Positions 1 to 13,350 of a stretch of 64,000 bases of DNA are shown in pieces. The notes beneath the pieces were generated by a model that did no database searches, was not told where the DNA came from, and worked only from the letters and a program-made list of their open reading frames with translations. The DNA is from Narcine bancroftii (lineage: Eukaryota). The translations under genes and the position numbers were made by a program. Each line of letters begins with the position of its first letter. Positions within the stretch are counted from its first letter, which is position 1. Location of the stretch: NCBI RefSeq assembly GCF_036971445.1, contig NC_091481.1, positions 73,346,001 through 73,410,000 on the forward strand, written 5' to 3'.

Positions 1-418
1 TCCATATTCTATAAATTGTGCTCTTCATGTCGCTGTATGAATGTGGGAGTAAAAGTCAAAACACGACCCTGGGGAAACTCAGCTGGTTCAGCACAATTAA
101 AGGGACGTCACCAACATTTCGGGCTTGACCCCTTCATCAAGGTTATACACAGGCTGCAGACTTTCGTGTTTTAATACTGAATGTTCGATATACCCTTGTT
201 ATACTGCTTATAGGAAAACCCTTCTCTGACAAGTATAATCTGACAAGTATACTTAATAAAACATTTAATAATATTTAAAGAGCTTTTGCAATCCAAAAAC
301 AATTTTTAAAAAAACAACCAAAACTCTGTTTCTCTTCTTGAAGCGTGCGTTTTTGCTCCCTTACAATATTTAGCATCTGCATTTTACTCTTGTGGTGCAT
401 TGGGTTAATTTATACTTG

Positions 419-725
419 TTTTTTTTTTTTTTGAAATTTTTTATTTTTCACACCATAAATCACAATAGCCATGATATACACTTTTTCTTTTCCACACATT
501 TACAGTGACTTTTTCTCCCTCCCCCCTCCCTCCTCCCACGCCACCCCCCCACCCCCCCCCCCTCTCATCCATTTTAGGTATACAATCTAGGTTGCATTAA
601 TTCAGTTAGACAATGTTGTCATTCAACAAAAATACACCAGAAATTCTACTGAGTCCATTCTTTTCTTTTCTTCTCCTTCCATCAACTTAGGTAATGTTTG
701 TTCCCGGTAGGTTTTCGCTATTGTT
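419..725 (-). mobile_element. L1-clade LINE 3' end (poly-A tail, G-rich 3'UTR)
   Basis: Poly-T run at ~419-432 followed by 'tttttatttttcacaccataaatcaca...ctcccccctccctcctccc'. The same head recurs at ~27340 and ~45710. Confidence 0.6.
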
Positions 726-1461
726 TTTATACTTGTTTTTAATGTGCTTTACCTCCTGTGAGGCTGCATCTGTATGTTGTGCTTGTGTGTGTGAGACAAA
801 TCCCCATTTGTGTGTGATGATGTTACTTCAAGATACTGGGCAAATCAGAGAATCTCACTGTGCTCTGAATTACGTGTCACTCCATTTAAATGTTCCCAAA
901 ATAGTCGAGTTTGGGGACCAATTATTTGGGTCAAATTTGGGGGGGGGGGGGTCGATGTTTACATGGATATTACTTTTGACCGCAATAAGTACCTGCGTCA
1001 CTCAAAGCGTCGGGATGGATAGAACTGAGAGGTAAATCCACAGTCAGGGCATTAGGAGCTCGGATGGGCGGGTGGCCAGGCCAAGAATCCGTGGTCAGAG
1101 TGCCAGGACCTCAGATGGGCGGACAGCCAAGGCCAGAAATAGGGAGTCGACCTTTTCATGGGTCATACAGAAATCACACGATTTTTGGCCAAAGGGGGTG
1201 TCGACTCTTACATGAGTGTAGACCCCATGTATACCGTATGTACTCGTAGAATGGTCTGATCTATTTCTAGACTATTTTTATTCTCGCTATGATGAAAGGA
1301 TCGGACCCGAAGCATCAACCATTCTTCTCTTCCACTGATGATGCTCGACCCACTGAGTTCCTCTGGCGAGTGCTTTTCCCTCAACTTTCAGCATCTGCCC
1401 TCTCCTGTGTGTGTCCGACTTTGATTGTACACTTGGCTGACAACCTTGACTTTCCTCACAG

Positions 1462-1600
1462 GGAGAGCTGAGCTACGAGGAGAGAGAATACGAGCCAGGT
1501 CAATATGCCACTGTGACTGTCAGTGGGAAACCATTCGATGAGGGTTCGGGTGAAGGAGTCGTGAAACTCCTCAAGTATCTTGGAGGAAGCAATGAAGAAG
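1462..1600 (+). CDS. HEBP1: Heme-binding protein 1 (SOUL/HBP family), internal coding exon (exon 2)
   Basis: Boundaries ctcacag|GGA...GAAG|gtactg, 139 nt. Translates [46 protein letters not shown], matching the HEBP1 pattern YEER...ATV...KPxDE...KYxGGxN. Exon 1 is not found in the window. Confidence 0.92.
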
Positions 1601-2159
1601 GTACTGAGAGTTGTGGTCAAGCTTTAAAAGTGAGGGGGAGGTTCAAGTTTATTCCCATCTGACTGTACATATAGAAGCAGACGAAACAGCGTTTCTCCAG
1701 ACCACGGTGCGCACACAAGGTGGTATAAAGGTATAATTATTTTTATTAATATTGAAATTTCACATCCAAAAATACAGAGAACTTGCAGATATTCATGAAG
1801 ATAGGTTACACTTAAATCATTTTGTCCAAGTCTCCCCACATTTTAATCAAACAGATTATATTGTGTTGATATTGTACAGAAAGAAAATCTAAACCCATGA
1901 CAAAGAAAGGAGGAGTTTGACCAAAAAATAAAGAAAAAGAAGACAGAAATCTTTTCAGTGATAAATGACCTAATCTCCACCTTCATCACAAATCAACGAT
2001 TATAAAAGTTACTCAAAAAGGGTCCCCACGGAGTTTGAAAATTTGCATTCAAATCAGACATTGATCATCTAATCTTCTCTAAATTGAAACATGATGTGAC
2101 GTCACGTAACCATTAATTTAAAATAAATATATGTAAATATTTGGGATAATTTATGCAGT

Positions 2160-2535
2160 TACAGGACACTGCTCATCAGTCTCACAGTCTGCGGGAAGAA
2201 GCTATTCCCCAGCCTGGCCATCCTGTACCTTCTTCCTCATGGTAGTGGGTCAGTGATACTGTTCGTTGGATGGAAAAGGTCCTCGATAATTCATTGACCC
2301 CTATTTAAGCAACGCTCAAGGAGACCCCAGGGATCCTCTTGGCCGTCTTGATGACCCTCTGTATTGACTCCCAGTCCAATACTTTGCAACTACTGTCCCA
2401 CACAGAGATGCAGTCGAACAGGACACTCTCGATTGTGTTGTGAAACGTTCTCAACCTCCTGAGTAAGTGTAGGCGTTGCTGCACCTTCCAGACTAATGAG
2501 GAGGTGTTGTGGGCCCAGGACAGTTTGTCCTTTAT
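2160..2535 (-). mobile_element. Rex1/Babar-like LINE 3' fragment
   Basis: Degenerate 'gggaagaagctattccccagcctggcc...gatgcagtcgaacaggacactctc...gtaggcgttgctgcaccttc'. Related pieces occur at ~23120-23600, 23820-24130, 33380-33980 and 50570-50860. Confidence 0.5.
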
Positions 2536-3758
2536 ATGTTCATGTGAATCACTGAATCGTCAACATCTCAATGTTCAGAACTGGAGAGCCACAGGCCTTG
2601 CCTTTACTGTGTCCATGCAGTTACAAAGGACAATCAAACATTCATCAACTGATTTTAAACTCAGCCAAAGCTTAGTGAAAAAGTTGGTCAAAGGGAGCAA
2701 GGATCAGGAAGGAAGTCTCCGAGTTTAGGATCTCACCAGCTGAAAGTGCTGTGGTTGATAGTGAAATCAGGACGGACAGAACATTGGGAGCAGGAGTCAG
2801 CCACTATGGCTGATCTGACCCTGGATTCAACTCGACCGACCCACCTGTTCCCCATAACCCTTAATTCCTTGAACTGTGCAAAAATCTACCTGACTGTCTG
2901 AGGTATATTTAATGAGGAAGCCTCCACATGGGCAGAGAATTCCACTGAGAGCAAGGAGGTGTGTGGTGTACGGCTTGGGAGGGAACGCGTCTGTGAATGT
3001 CCATCTGAGGAGCTGGAGTTGAGACAGATAAGGGGAGAGTGTATTCAAACACTTGAGATGCTGATGGGCTTGATGAGGACGTGTTGAAATCTTTTTGGGT
3101 CGGACGAGCGAGAGAATGCAGTCATTTCAAACAGGTGCCTAGAAATTTCTGGAACCTCTGGAATTCTCTGCCTCTGAGGCCAGTCCATTAGAGATCCTTA
3201 ACCCTTGGGACTCTGGGTAATTTTAACCTTTCATAATATACACTCCGGACTGGGTCGATGGGTAAACCTTGACAGTGTGAACACTGGAGACAGAGTATAG
3301 AACTTGTTTGTGGTCCCTGAACACAAAGGATTAAGAAGGAGGTAGAACAGTTTGAAAGCTCGAGGAGGTGAGGCTTGGTGGGACTGGCAGGGAAGAGGAT
3401 ATCAGCCCTGGTGGGGCAGGGTCTGGGAACCGAGAAACTTTCTCCCTGCTCCTGCTCCCATTTCCTCGTGTTTGCTCTCTCTTGAGGAGAATCCTGGAGA
3501 AAGGTGAGTTGGGATGCGGCAGTGGCCATCAGTGAGGGGTCAAGATCTCGTGTGAGATCCAGACCCATGGCACTACCTGAGTGGAGATTACACGCACCTT
3601 CTGGGTTTCAGGGTTTGTCCCACAACCTAGAGAACAGGTTACAGGAGAGTGGGGTTGGTGGCTGAATAACTCCCTCCTGCCAGAAGGGGAATGGTGGGCT
3701 GGGTCTGTTGGAGGTGGGGAGGGGAGATTGGAGCCTCACGCCTGTCGCTGTTCCCTAG

Positions 3759-3939
3759 GACTGCAGCTCGGGATGACTGCTCCAGTCAGTCTGAAAGTCC
3801 ATCCAAACGAGAGCGGGGAATTGCAGTCCAGCGTCGAGGCCCAGGTCCGCATTCCCAGCCAATTCCAGGACAATGTTCCTAAGCCGATGGACCCGAGTGT
3901 TGAGATCCAGTATCTGGAGGGCTTCACAGTCTATTCCAC
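3759..3939 (+). CDS. HEBP1: Heme-binding protein 1, exon 3
   Basis: Boundaries ttccctag|GA...TCCAC|gtgagt, 181 nt, phase 1 to 2. Translates (G)LQLGMTAPVSLKVHPNESGELQSSVEAQVRIPSQFQDNVPKPMDPSVEIQYLEGFTVYS(T), containing the SOUL-domain MTAPV motif. Confidence 0.93.
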
Positions 3940-5199
3940 GTGAGTGTGGTGAGGGTCACTGCTTGCTATCAGCCCAGAGGGGGCAGACCCAGCGGGGGCC
4001 AAGACAGTGGTAGTTGCCAGAGCCACCAGAGGATGATCAGCCAAGTCTGACCATCCACAGGTTGGGGCTGGGGTCCCTGGGCCACTGGTGTCTGGAGCTA
4101 AACCATGTGATGGTGGGTGGTCCAGAGATGATACCCCAGCCCCATCTGGGTCCCTGAACCTGAGTCTGCCCTCGATAAGGGGCAGAGGCTGCACCTGGTG
4201 AAGCCGAAGTTGGGAAGGTGGGGTGGTTGTATCTCTGGGCCACCAGACTGTCCAGCCGGGCTCTGGTCTCACTCAGGCATAGGATGGATTCCAGGTCCAG
4301 TCAGGGTCCAGCTGGACCCCAGGATAGGACTGAGAGCACGGTTGATGGGGTTCTGAATTTCCATGGCACCTCTCATGACCACTCAAATACTGACCAAGGC
4401 CAGTGTCTGTGTCCTATCCAATAGCCAGAGACCCCCTAAACATTCACATGGAAAGGATCAAAATTTCATAAATAAATTAGGACGTGGTCCCATCACATTT
4501 GCCCCTCCCACCGTGGGAAGCTCCCTCACTGCCTCTCTCATGGAGCTCCCTCAGTTCCATCCTGCCAGCAGTCAATGCTCCTTCACTGGATGGCCATTCA
4601 ATTATGAGCAGAATAGGACCATTCAGCCCATCAAGTCTGCTCCACAATTTGAATCATTGCTGATGTATTTTCCCTCTGCTGTTGCATCTGACCTCAATGC
4701 CAGGTTCAATACCTGCTTCAGCTGGTGTCAATGCCTAGGTGTCACAGTCCAGGGGAGAAACAAATCAACCAGGATGCCTGCTCTTAATTGTTGTCAAACA
4801 GGAGTATCTACAGACGCTGGGTTTGTAAGGCAATGCACAGACATGCTGGAGAAACTCAGTGGGTCACACAGCATCTATCGGAAATTAAGGCACTGAATGA
4901 AAAAGGAGAGGGCGGTGCCTCGACAAGGGCCAGGCCCAAGTGTTAGTCAACACACTGAAGTGCTGGAGAAACTCAGCAGCTCTTTTCAGCTTCTATAGGA
5001 GACAAAGATATTTCGCTGATGTTTCAGGCCTGAGCCCTCCAAGGGAATATCAGAAAAGGCAGAATCAGGAAAATATCAGAACGTCTCCGAATTCAAACAA
5101 TGGGGAAGAATCCAGACCAACAAAAGGTATGATCATGGACTTGTAGAAGGTAGAATTTATAATGTCTGTCCGAAAGGAGACCGGGAACAGAGAGACGAT

Positions 5200-5670
5200 G
5201 GGGGGGGGGGGGGGGTGTGGTGATGGGGTAGTTTACAGAGAAGTCGATGTTAATGCCATCCGGTTGGAGGGGACCCAGACGGAAGATGAGATGTTGTTCC
5301 TCTAATTTGCGGGTGGTCTTACTCTGGCCATGTATGAGACCATGGACGGACATGTTGGCAAAGGAATGGGATGGGATGGAGAATTGAAATGGGTGGCCAC
5401 TGGGAGATCCACGTTATTGCAGCTGACAGATTTCCTAGTCTTCATCCAGCCTCTCTGATGTAGAGGAGACTACAGCGGGAGCACCAGATGCAGTCGACGA
5501 CCCCTGCAGATTCACCAGTGAAATGTTGCTTCACTTGGAAGGACTGAATGGTGCAGAGGGAGGAGGAGTGGGCCCAAGTGGAGCATCTCCTGTGGTCACA
5601 GGAGTCGGTTCCAACCTTTCCTTTCCTGGATCCTGCGTGACCTGCTGAGTTTCTTCAGCACATTGGTGTG
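5200..5670 (-). mobile_element. Penelope-like element fragment (GIY-YIG endonuclease region)
   Basis: Reverse complement reads ...FQVKQHF...SAGVV.CIWCSRC...MSVHGL...TTRKLEEQHLIFRLG.LQP.GIN, the typical C-terminus of a PLE endonuclease. Confidence 0.7.
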
Positions 5671-5884
5671 TTGATTTTAATTATTACCCTGAGGATCAAC
5701 ACATTCACATCGTGAATGATTCTCACCACAGTCAAATATCTCGCTGTTACTCTGTGGTCATGAGACCCTTGTACCACTGCATCGGTCGTAGGTTTTGGAG
5801 AGGTCAGAGTGACTGGCTGCACTCAGCTCCCTTCGGCTGCTGAGGGTCTGCTCCATCATTCTCCCCTGTGGTTCATCCCTGCAG

Positions 5885-6092
5885 GCAGTTTGGTGGTTAC
5901 GCCAAGGAGGCCAATTATGTTGAGTTTGCGGGGAAGCTGCAGGAGGCACTAGGAGATGCGGCGCCCTTTCACCGAAACGTCTACCTCTGTGCTGGCTACG
6001 ACTCGCCCATGAAGCCCATCGGCAGGAGGAATGAAGTGTGGTTTTTGAAGAAGGAAGGCGGGAGTTCAGGTGCGCAGTTGAGCTCGCAGTGA
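5885..6092 (+). CDS. HEBP1: Heme-binding protein 1, last coding exon
   Basis: Acceptor ccctgcag|G CAG TTT GGT. Translates [56 protein letters not shown]...*, with SOUL motifs FGGY, AGYDSP and RRNEVW. Phase joins exon 3. Confidence 0.93.
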
Positions 6093-6130
6093 ATGGCGCT
6101 TCTGGACCTCGGAATATTCCGGTGGCAGGA

Positions 6131-6870
6131 TGTTACGAGCCCAGAGGACCCCAAAACCCAACAGCAACAGATATTCACCAAGACAAATGGTTACTTAAAC
6201 AAAAGTTGCTTTTAATTATCTTTAAACATAAAAACAGAATCAAACTTTATCTTATCATTATTAACTTACTTAACCTAACTTAACCTCCTTCTCATTCTAA
6301 GCGCACGTGGATGTAATGTGTGTGTGTAAGTTCAGAAAAGTTATTTGGTTCACAGTCCAATCTCACTTCTCACTCCTCCAAATTCACTGGTTGCAGGCAA
6401 CTCTTGTACTGTGCACAGAATTTAACATTTATAAAGTTCACCAGCCTTTGGTGCTTGAAAGCAAAATGATTACCACTCAGGAAGATTCTTGTCAGGTTTC
6501 AGACAGATTTTTTGTATGCTGGACACCCACAACTGATTCTTTTTAACCAGCCACTTTAGTGTCCTGCCGGAAAAGCTTGCCCCATAAGGGTTCTCCAGAT
6601 GATAACCTCTTTCAGGTCACCACAGAGTTCCTTTTTGTTTCACTTATTTCAAGTGAAACATTAGGCAGCCAGTCCTCTCTTGCATGAACCACAAAGGCTT
6701 TGACCAGGCTGAACTAAGCACTCACAACCTATCTTCCAAATGGGGTTTTCCACAAGCTTGCCAGATTGTCCTGTTCCAGTCCCAGCTGCTGCTGCTGAGC
6801 TGAATTCTCTCTCTCTCTCTCACTTAGAGAAAAGCCTGTTTGACTCCCTCTCTGCTTGCAAAACCAATTC
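6131..6870. mobile_element. LTR-like repeat (probable solo or partial LTR) starting 39 bp after the HEBP1 stop
   Basis: Abrupt start TGTTACGA with a TG terminus and a sharp change in composition. No coding signal. The right boundary is uncertain. Confidence 0.5.
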
Positions 6871-8944
6871 TCCCGTTGTTCTAGGTTAGGACCACAACTA
6901 GGTTTGTTGAATGCAGCCAGTTGCAAACGGAAATGGTGAGCACCTTGTTGGATGTGCTGGGTCAGACCCAGGAGATGACCCTGGTCCACCACCCAGCTCC
7001 CAGATGGTGACTTTCTATGGAAATTGTGCCCACCTCTCTGCTAGGACATCTCTTGGGTCAGGTATTGTCACATTGCAGCTGGTAGAGGAAGAAGGGTTCA
7101 TTCCATGAATGGTTCTGCGAGCCAACACAAACAGACACACAGCTGTACAAATTAGAAGAGCAAGAGCACATTACCATGAGTTATGTTATAGTGGAAAGAT
7201 TAGTATGTTGCAAGAGCAGTTCCTCAAAGGCCCGATGGCTGTCAGATAAAAACATTTTCTGTACAGATACAGTGAAACCCCATGTAATCTATTGCAGTCC
7301 CACTCTGATCTGGATAGAGGTCTGGCCTCTGCCATGTAGGAGAAGCATGGTGTCACTTTGGAGAAAGTAGATGCTCCCAGGAGCAAGTTGCTCCTTCTAG
7401 AGGAAGCCAGTGATGTCCACTGGCTTTCTCCAGAAGCAAGGCTGTTCACTGCAAATAGCAGAGGACTAGCACATGATCTCGATTCCTCTCCACAGGTGTA
7501 GACACGATTTCCCTCCTCTCTGTGGAGAGGGAAGTGTCGTTGACTGCTTCCACTGAGAGGGTTGAAGACTGTGGGAACCAGACTCCATGGCTTCTATCAC
7601 ATTGATTCTGGAGGTAGAAACAATGGAGATGAAGGAGTGCCAGCAGTTTGTTTCTGGGTACTCTGGGTCAGGACATCACCACTTCACCTGCCAATGTAGC
7701 CTTTCATGCACCACCTCAGTCCCATCACCAACTATTCCTGTTCAGCTAGAAATCTGAAACTCCTTCAAGGGTGACGAGAATGAACAAACAACAGAACTTT
7801 CTCTTTATAAATCAAATTAAAACAAGAGATAATAAATAATTATCAAGACATCAGCAATGTTCAAATGTGCTCCTGTTTTGGAGGGATAACAGCCTGTCTG
7901 AAAGGCACATAAAAGCCATAATGAGGTTCAGCCGAGGGCCCTGTGAACAATTTTGATTTCCCCTTGGCAGTGAGTAATGTCTTTCCACTAAAACCAATCC
8001 TCCCAACCAGTGGGACGGCTGATTGTGAAACCTTGCATCTACCACTTCTTTCGTCAATATTGACTGAGTTCAAGTTTAAAGCAAACTCAGTCCGATATAT
8101 TTCACCACTCTCCTCCCTCGTCAGTGCAAACTAACATCAGCACACTCTCCTGCACATTCCCTCTCTCCTCCCATTCCCTTCCTACCTCCCTCCCACTCCT
8201 TACTTTCTTCCCAGTCCCTTCCTGCATCCCTCCCTCTCCCTCCCATCATCACTCTCTCCCACTCCCTCTCAGTTCCTTCCTACCTCCTACTCCCTGCCTG
8301 GCTCCCTCCCACTCCCTTCATACCTCTCTCCCTCCTCCACATCCAGTCACCCTCGTCCATGCTCTGTTTCCTTCCCCTGGTCTATAGCAGGCTGCGGAGC
8401 CTCTGGGGCGATGAGCTGGAGCTGTGGTGAAACCATCTCTTGGTGGGCATCCCTACCTCTCCCTTCCAATGTGCCTTCATTATATTTTATCTTGGCCATG
8501 ATGATGTTCAGAAACCATTCTTCAGCCAGGTACCATTAGACGGTATCACTAGAGACACATCTTTCCACTGAAACACCACATCCAGAGGCTCCCCTTCTCT
8601 ATCTTGTAATAAACCCACTTTTGGCTTTAACTGTCTCCCTGAGAGATTGGGGAGATTGAGAAGAATCCAGAGGAAGGCTGGTGGGGTTCATCCCAACACC
8701 ACCACTGTTGTGACCATTCTACTGACACAATATCTTAGCCCAGAGTTGTGTGCTTGAGGACAATCCAGATCTCCTTCTCCAGACAGTATTAGGAATGCAA
8801 ATCCACATGAAGAGCTGTTGACTAACATGAGAGGGTTCCTTTGCAGGGTTTGGTATAAAGGACACGGACCACAGGTAACAAATAAAAATTTTGATACAAA
8901 CAGGCATGAAATGACACGTTAATATTTTTACTTGGAGATGGACA

Positions 8945-9560
8945 GTGTATCTACGTGTGCTGATGACACTAAATTGAGTCGTAAAGCAAATTGAGTGGAA
9001 AATGTGGAGAATCTATGGAGAGATATAGAAAGGTTAAGTGAATGGGCAAGGGTCTGCAGATAGTACAATGTTAGTAAAGGTGAGATCATCCACTTGGAAG
9101 GAAAAATAAGATCAGATTATTTACATGGTGAAAGATTGCAAAGTGCTGTTTTTCAGAGGGACTTGGGGGAGGGGGTGCATGAATCGCAAAAGGTTGGTTT
9201 TTGGGTGCAACAGGTCAACAGGGAGGGAAACGGGGTGTTGGCCTTCATTTCTGGATGGATGGAATTTAGGAGCAGGGAGGTTCTTCTGTAACTGTACAAG
9301 GTCTGGTGAGGCTGCATCTGGGAAACTGCATGCGGTTCTGGTGGTGCAGAGGGGATTTACCAGGTTGATTTCAGAGATGAGCGGGTTAACCTATGAGGAG
9401 AGATTGAGTCATCTGGGACTAGTTGCTGGAATTTGGAAGGATAAGAAGGAATCTTTTAAAACCATCTACTCATATGAAAGGGGTAGACAAGAAAGAGGCT
9501 GGAGGATTGTTTCCACTGGTGCGGGAGAACAGAACTAGTGGACACAGCCTCAAGATTCAG
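8945..9560 (+). mobile_element. CR1-clade LINE (HER1-like) RT 3' fragment
   Basis: Degenerate ADDTKL...DI..LSEWA..., then QRDLG...VQQV...ANG.LAFI, then QRGFTRLI..M.GL.YEERLS.LGL. Confidence 0.75.
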
Positions 9561-11895
9561 ATATATTATTCCTATGGACCCTGTGAGACTGGCTGAGTTC
9601 CTCCAGCATCTCTATTTATACTAGCTGCTGGGTCCAGAGAAATCAACCACAGTGGATCTCACTGACCAATCACTTCTGTCGTAACAAGAAGCTGCATTTA
9701 AAGAGTGTGCCTTCACCCTGAAACTTTAAACAGGATCTCAGCTGACATTGTTCACTGTGATCTTCCCTGACGATTATTCTGCCAATCATAACTGACAAAG
9801 CAATATCACAGCTTATTGCTTCATCTGCTGTGAGGGTGTTGCTTTCAAGAGGCGTAGAGGCCAAGGCACATGAAAAGCTTCCCACTCTGAACAACGTGGA
9901 GCAATTTGTATCTGTCGAACGGGGGCCGGATTTAATGCCTATAAGAGTCAAGGCAACTCCAGCCCACACTGGTTCTGTGGCATAGAATCAAGCAGGGACT
10001 GAGGATTCATCTGCAACAGGTACATCTGAAAGGTAACGACCTTTCTGATTTTGTTGGCGGTGTTTATTTGGGTGGAGGCTACAGGTGGTCACACTGGGGA
10101 TCGACCAGGTTGGTGGTGCCCACCATCGCTTCTTCATTGATCCAGTGTCCTGCGATGGCTATATCCCTCCCCTCCCCTGCTCATCTGTCCCACACCAACA
10201 TCCCCTGGAAGCAGAATGTCCCAGCCTCACTGCCCCATCTTCCTTCTTGTTCAGACCGTTACTGTCACGCTGCTCTCCAACATGCGCTACTGCTTCCTGT
10301 AGGGACTTCCTCTAACTGATTAGTGGGATGAGGGAAGCCAGGGACTTTGGTTCCTGGGCCAGTGATTGCATCTCCCTCTTCACAGAAGTCAGAGGTGAAA
10401 CAGGGCATGTATAACCAACTCAGTTTACCTTCTGACCACATATTAGCTTCGATTGCTTCTACCTAGCTCTGCGGCCCCATCGACCTCAGCCCCCACATCA
10501 GCTCCTTGCTGCTCCATACCCTCCTCCATACCCTTTTATAACTCTAGATGGAGTCGCCACAGTGACACCACAGTGGGCTTCCTCCCAACTCTCAGCAAAC
10601 AAACTCACCCAAAACTTTCCCTCCCCCCCCACCTAATATGCAGCATCTCGAGAAAGGGATCCTGGTGTAAAACGTTGACAGTCCATTTATCTCCGTGGAT
10701 GCTGGCTTGATGAGACCCACATCTTCCAGTTTGCTTCTTTTCCAGGACAAAACTAGGTACGATTGGCCCCCAGTTCCCTGACCGTTCATTCCCTCCATTA
10801 GAGAGACATGACTGCAGCGGAACACGAATGTCTGCACGTGGTGTGATTGTAGTTAATGCACAACATTGGTGCAGCCAGTCCCTCAGCGCCACTCCTCCCC
10901 CTGCCCATTGTCCCCTTCTCCCCTATTGTCCCCTTCTCCCCCCTTGACCCCTGCAGTGTGTACGCTGGAGTTCTACTTGGACACACATCCAGGACCTGGT
11001 GGAGCCACCAAGAAAGACATGGGCAGCAGACACATGGCCACACTGCGTGAAATCAAGTACCTAGCATGAAAGGAATTGCTGTTCCAGCGTTGCCACAGGG
11101 TTGTAATTCTTTGTCCTTTCTCCACGAGCACAGTTCAAGGAGGCAACTCACTGCAGTCCACAGGGGGAGAAAGGAAGGGCTTTTTTTTTCTCTTCTTCAG
11201 TTCTACTTCTCAACTGTATCCACCTCTTACCCATTAACTAGTGTGATCCTCCCTCTGCCCCTTCCTCCCTCCTCTCTTCCACCCCCTCTCCCCACCTTTT
11301 ATTTCAGCTTTTTTTCATACCTTGGCGAAGGGCTCAGGCCTGAAACGTTGGTTACCTTCTCTTCCTGTGATGCTAAGTGACCTGCCGAGTTTCTCCAGCA
11401 CGTTGGTGTATCGCAGGGGCAATGACCACGAAGTTGGCTGCAGCACCAACTTCCCACAGAGGGTGTATGTGGAAAACCTTTGATGGCTAAGCCTTCAGCG
11501 GCTTGGGTTTGAATTCTGCGGTTCCCTCCTGAAACCTTACCAATTCTCCTTCCTGCTCAAACGCCCCAATGTGGCTTGGTGTCAGATTTTGTTGAATGAT
11601 TCATCTCTGAAGCACACTATTTTGATGTCACATTAAAAGTATTTTTTCCTTGTATAGAACATTACAGAACAGTACGGGCCCTTCAGCCCATGATGTTTTG
11701 CTGACCTATAATACTATATAAATGCAGTTTGTTGTTACTCTTTCTGAATCCGTGTCAGGCTAATAATAATGATACAAAGGTTCCCATACTGAGTTCTGCC
11801 TTCTGAAACAATGCTTCTCCAGTGCTGGAATGGAAGGATAGGATATTGTAAGGGGGAAATCACATTCACTGACCCTTTACCAACCTTTGAACTCT

Positions 11896-12202
11896 TCACT
11901 GACCATTGACCCTTGACCTCTCCCTATTGCTGACGATTGATTGCCTCCTGACCGCTGGCCTCCTGCGGACAGTGTTGCGGGATTGGATGTGCGGTGAAGG
12001 GTGGTGGGAATTCTGATGACCGGTCTGCTTCCTTGGCACCTTCCTCGTCACCACGTGCTTGATCTTCACAGGATTTCCATATCCCACCTTGATGACAGCT
12101 CTCTCCAAGCCCGCCAGACTCTCAGTCAAATCTCCGAGTCGCTTCTTCAGAGCTTGAGCTTCTCGAAACAGATCGTCCAGTGCTTCAGAAAATGGCTGAA
12201 TC
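11896..12202 (-). CDS. Uncharacterised secreted coiled-coil protein, last exon
   Basis: Acceptor ctctctctcaccctccag|G ATT CAG. Translates (R)IQPFSEALDDLFREAQALKKRLGDLTESLAGLERAVIKVGYG...RVNGQ*. Phase 2 matches the preceding exon. Confidence 0.85.
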
Positions 12203-12299
12203 CTGGAGGGTGAGAGAGAGCTGGGGTCAGAGACATCAGGCAAGATAGCTGACATAGAACAGCAGAGTCCTGACTCCTTGAGGTTGAAAGCAATGACTC

Positions 12300-12680
12300 A
12301 TAAGAGAGAAGGTTTATTGACTAGGATCAGTGTAGACAAATGAGGGGAGATTTGATAGAGGTACAGTATATAAAATGATGAGGGGTACAGATAGAATAGA
12401 TGCAAACAGGCTTTATCATTGAGGTTGGGTGAAACAAGAACTGGGGGACATGGGTTAAGGGTGAAAGGAAAAAGTTTAGGGGGAACATGAGGAGGAACTT
12501 GGTCACACAGAGCGGTGGGAGTGTGGGATGAGCTGCCAGCTGAGGTGGTGAATGTGGACTCAACTTTAACATTTAAGAAGAATTTGGACAGGTATGGAGG
12601 CTATGAAATGGATACTAGGTGAAATAATTTGGCACAGACCAGATGGGTCAAAGGCCTGTTTCTGTGTTGTGTTCTCTGGT
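12300..12680 (+). mobile_element. CR1-clade LINE 3' end
   Basis: 'tgaggggagatttgatagaggtac...ggacatgggttaagggtgaaagg...gaggaacttggtcacacagagcggtgggagtgtgggatgagctgccagctgaggtggtg...ggcctgtttctgtgttgt' is the CR1 terminal motif. Confidence 0.75.
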
Positions 12681-13184
12681 TCTCTCATTTACACATTAAC
12701 TATGCTGGGAGTTTCTGTCTACCCTACCCTCTCAGAGTTCCAAATCCTCTGGGTGAAGAAACCTCTCGTTATCTCCTCTTCTGCTTTTCTTCGAGTTGTC
12801 CAAAGTCTGTGCTTTGTAGTTTTTAACTCCTTTCCAAGGAGAAATAAGCCCCTCTATTATCCAGACCCCTTCATTCAAAATCCCTTCCACCTCTTATGTT
12901 CTGAAGAAAATAACGGCTGCCTAACCAATCTTTCCTTGTTACTAAAATGTTTCCAGTCCTGCCAACATCTTTGTAAATCTCTAAGGCTGGGAAATCTGTC
13001 CGTGAACCTGTGCCAGGTTAAGCCTGCTCCAAGAAAATAGTTCATATTAAACACAGGACACAGGTCAGTGGTTCCCAGGCAATTTTAGTATTTCTTTAAA
13101 TAGTGAAAATTATGGGAACTGATCTTAATATAAAAATATTATAACCCCCCCCCCCAATTTCCCCCATCTCCTTTAGATCTCTCT

Positions 13185-13350
13185 GTCTCTCTCTCCCCTT
13201 TCCCTCCCTCTCTCCCCCTTTCCCTCCCTCTTTCCCACTTTCCCCTTCTCTCCCCTTTCCCTCCCTCTCTCCCCTTTCCCTCCCTCTCTCCCCTTTCCCT
13301 CCCTCTCTCCCCTTTCCCTCCCTCTCTCTCCCTTTCCCTCTCTCTTTCCT
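13185..13350. repeat. Polypyrimidine minisatellite, ~20-bp unit (ccctttccctccctctctc)n
   Basis: Tandem copies visible directly. Confidence 0.85.

Noticed and set aside
3945-4420. GC-rich stretch with several overlapping ORFs in HEBP1 intron 3
   Set aside because: No recognisable domain or splice-compatible exon. Probably an old retroelement remnant.
6880-8910. Possible decayed coding sequence (Gypsy internal region or GPRC5-like pseudogene) on the minus strand
   Set aside because: No convincing motif or exon chain could be read. Only a weak LHVD-like stretch was seen, so it is left unassigned.
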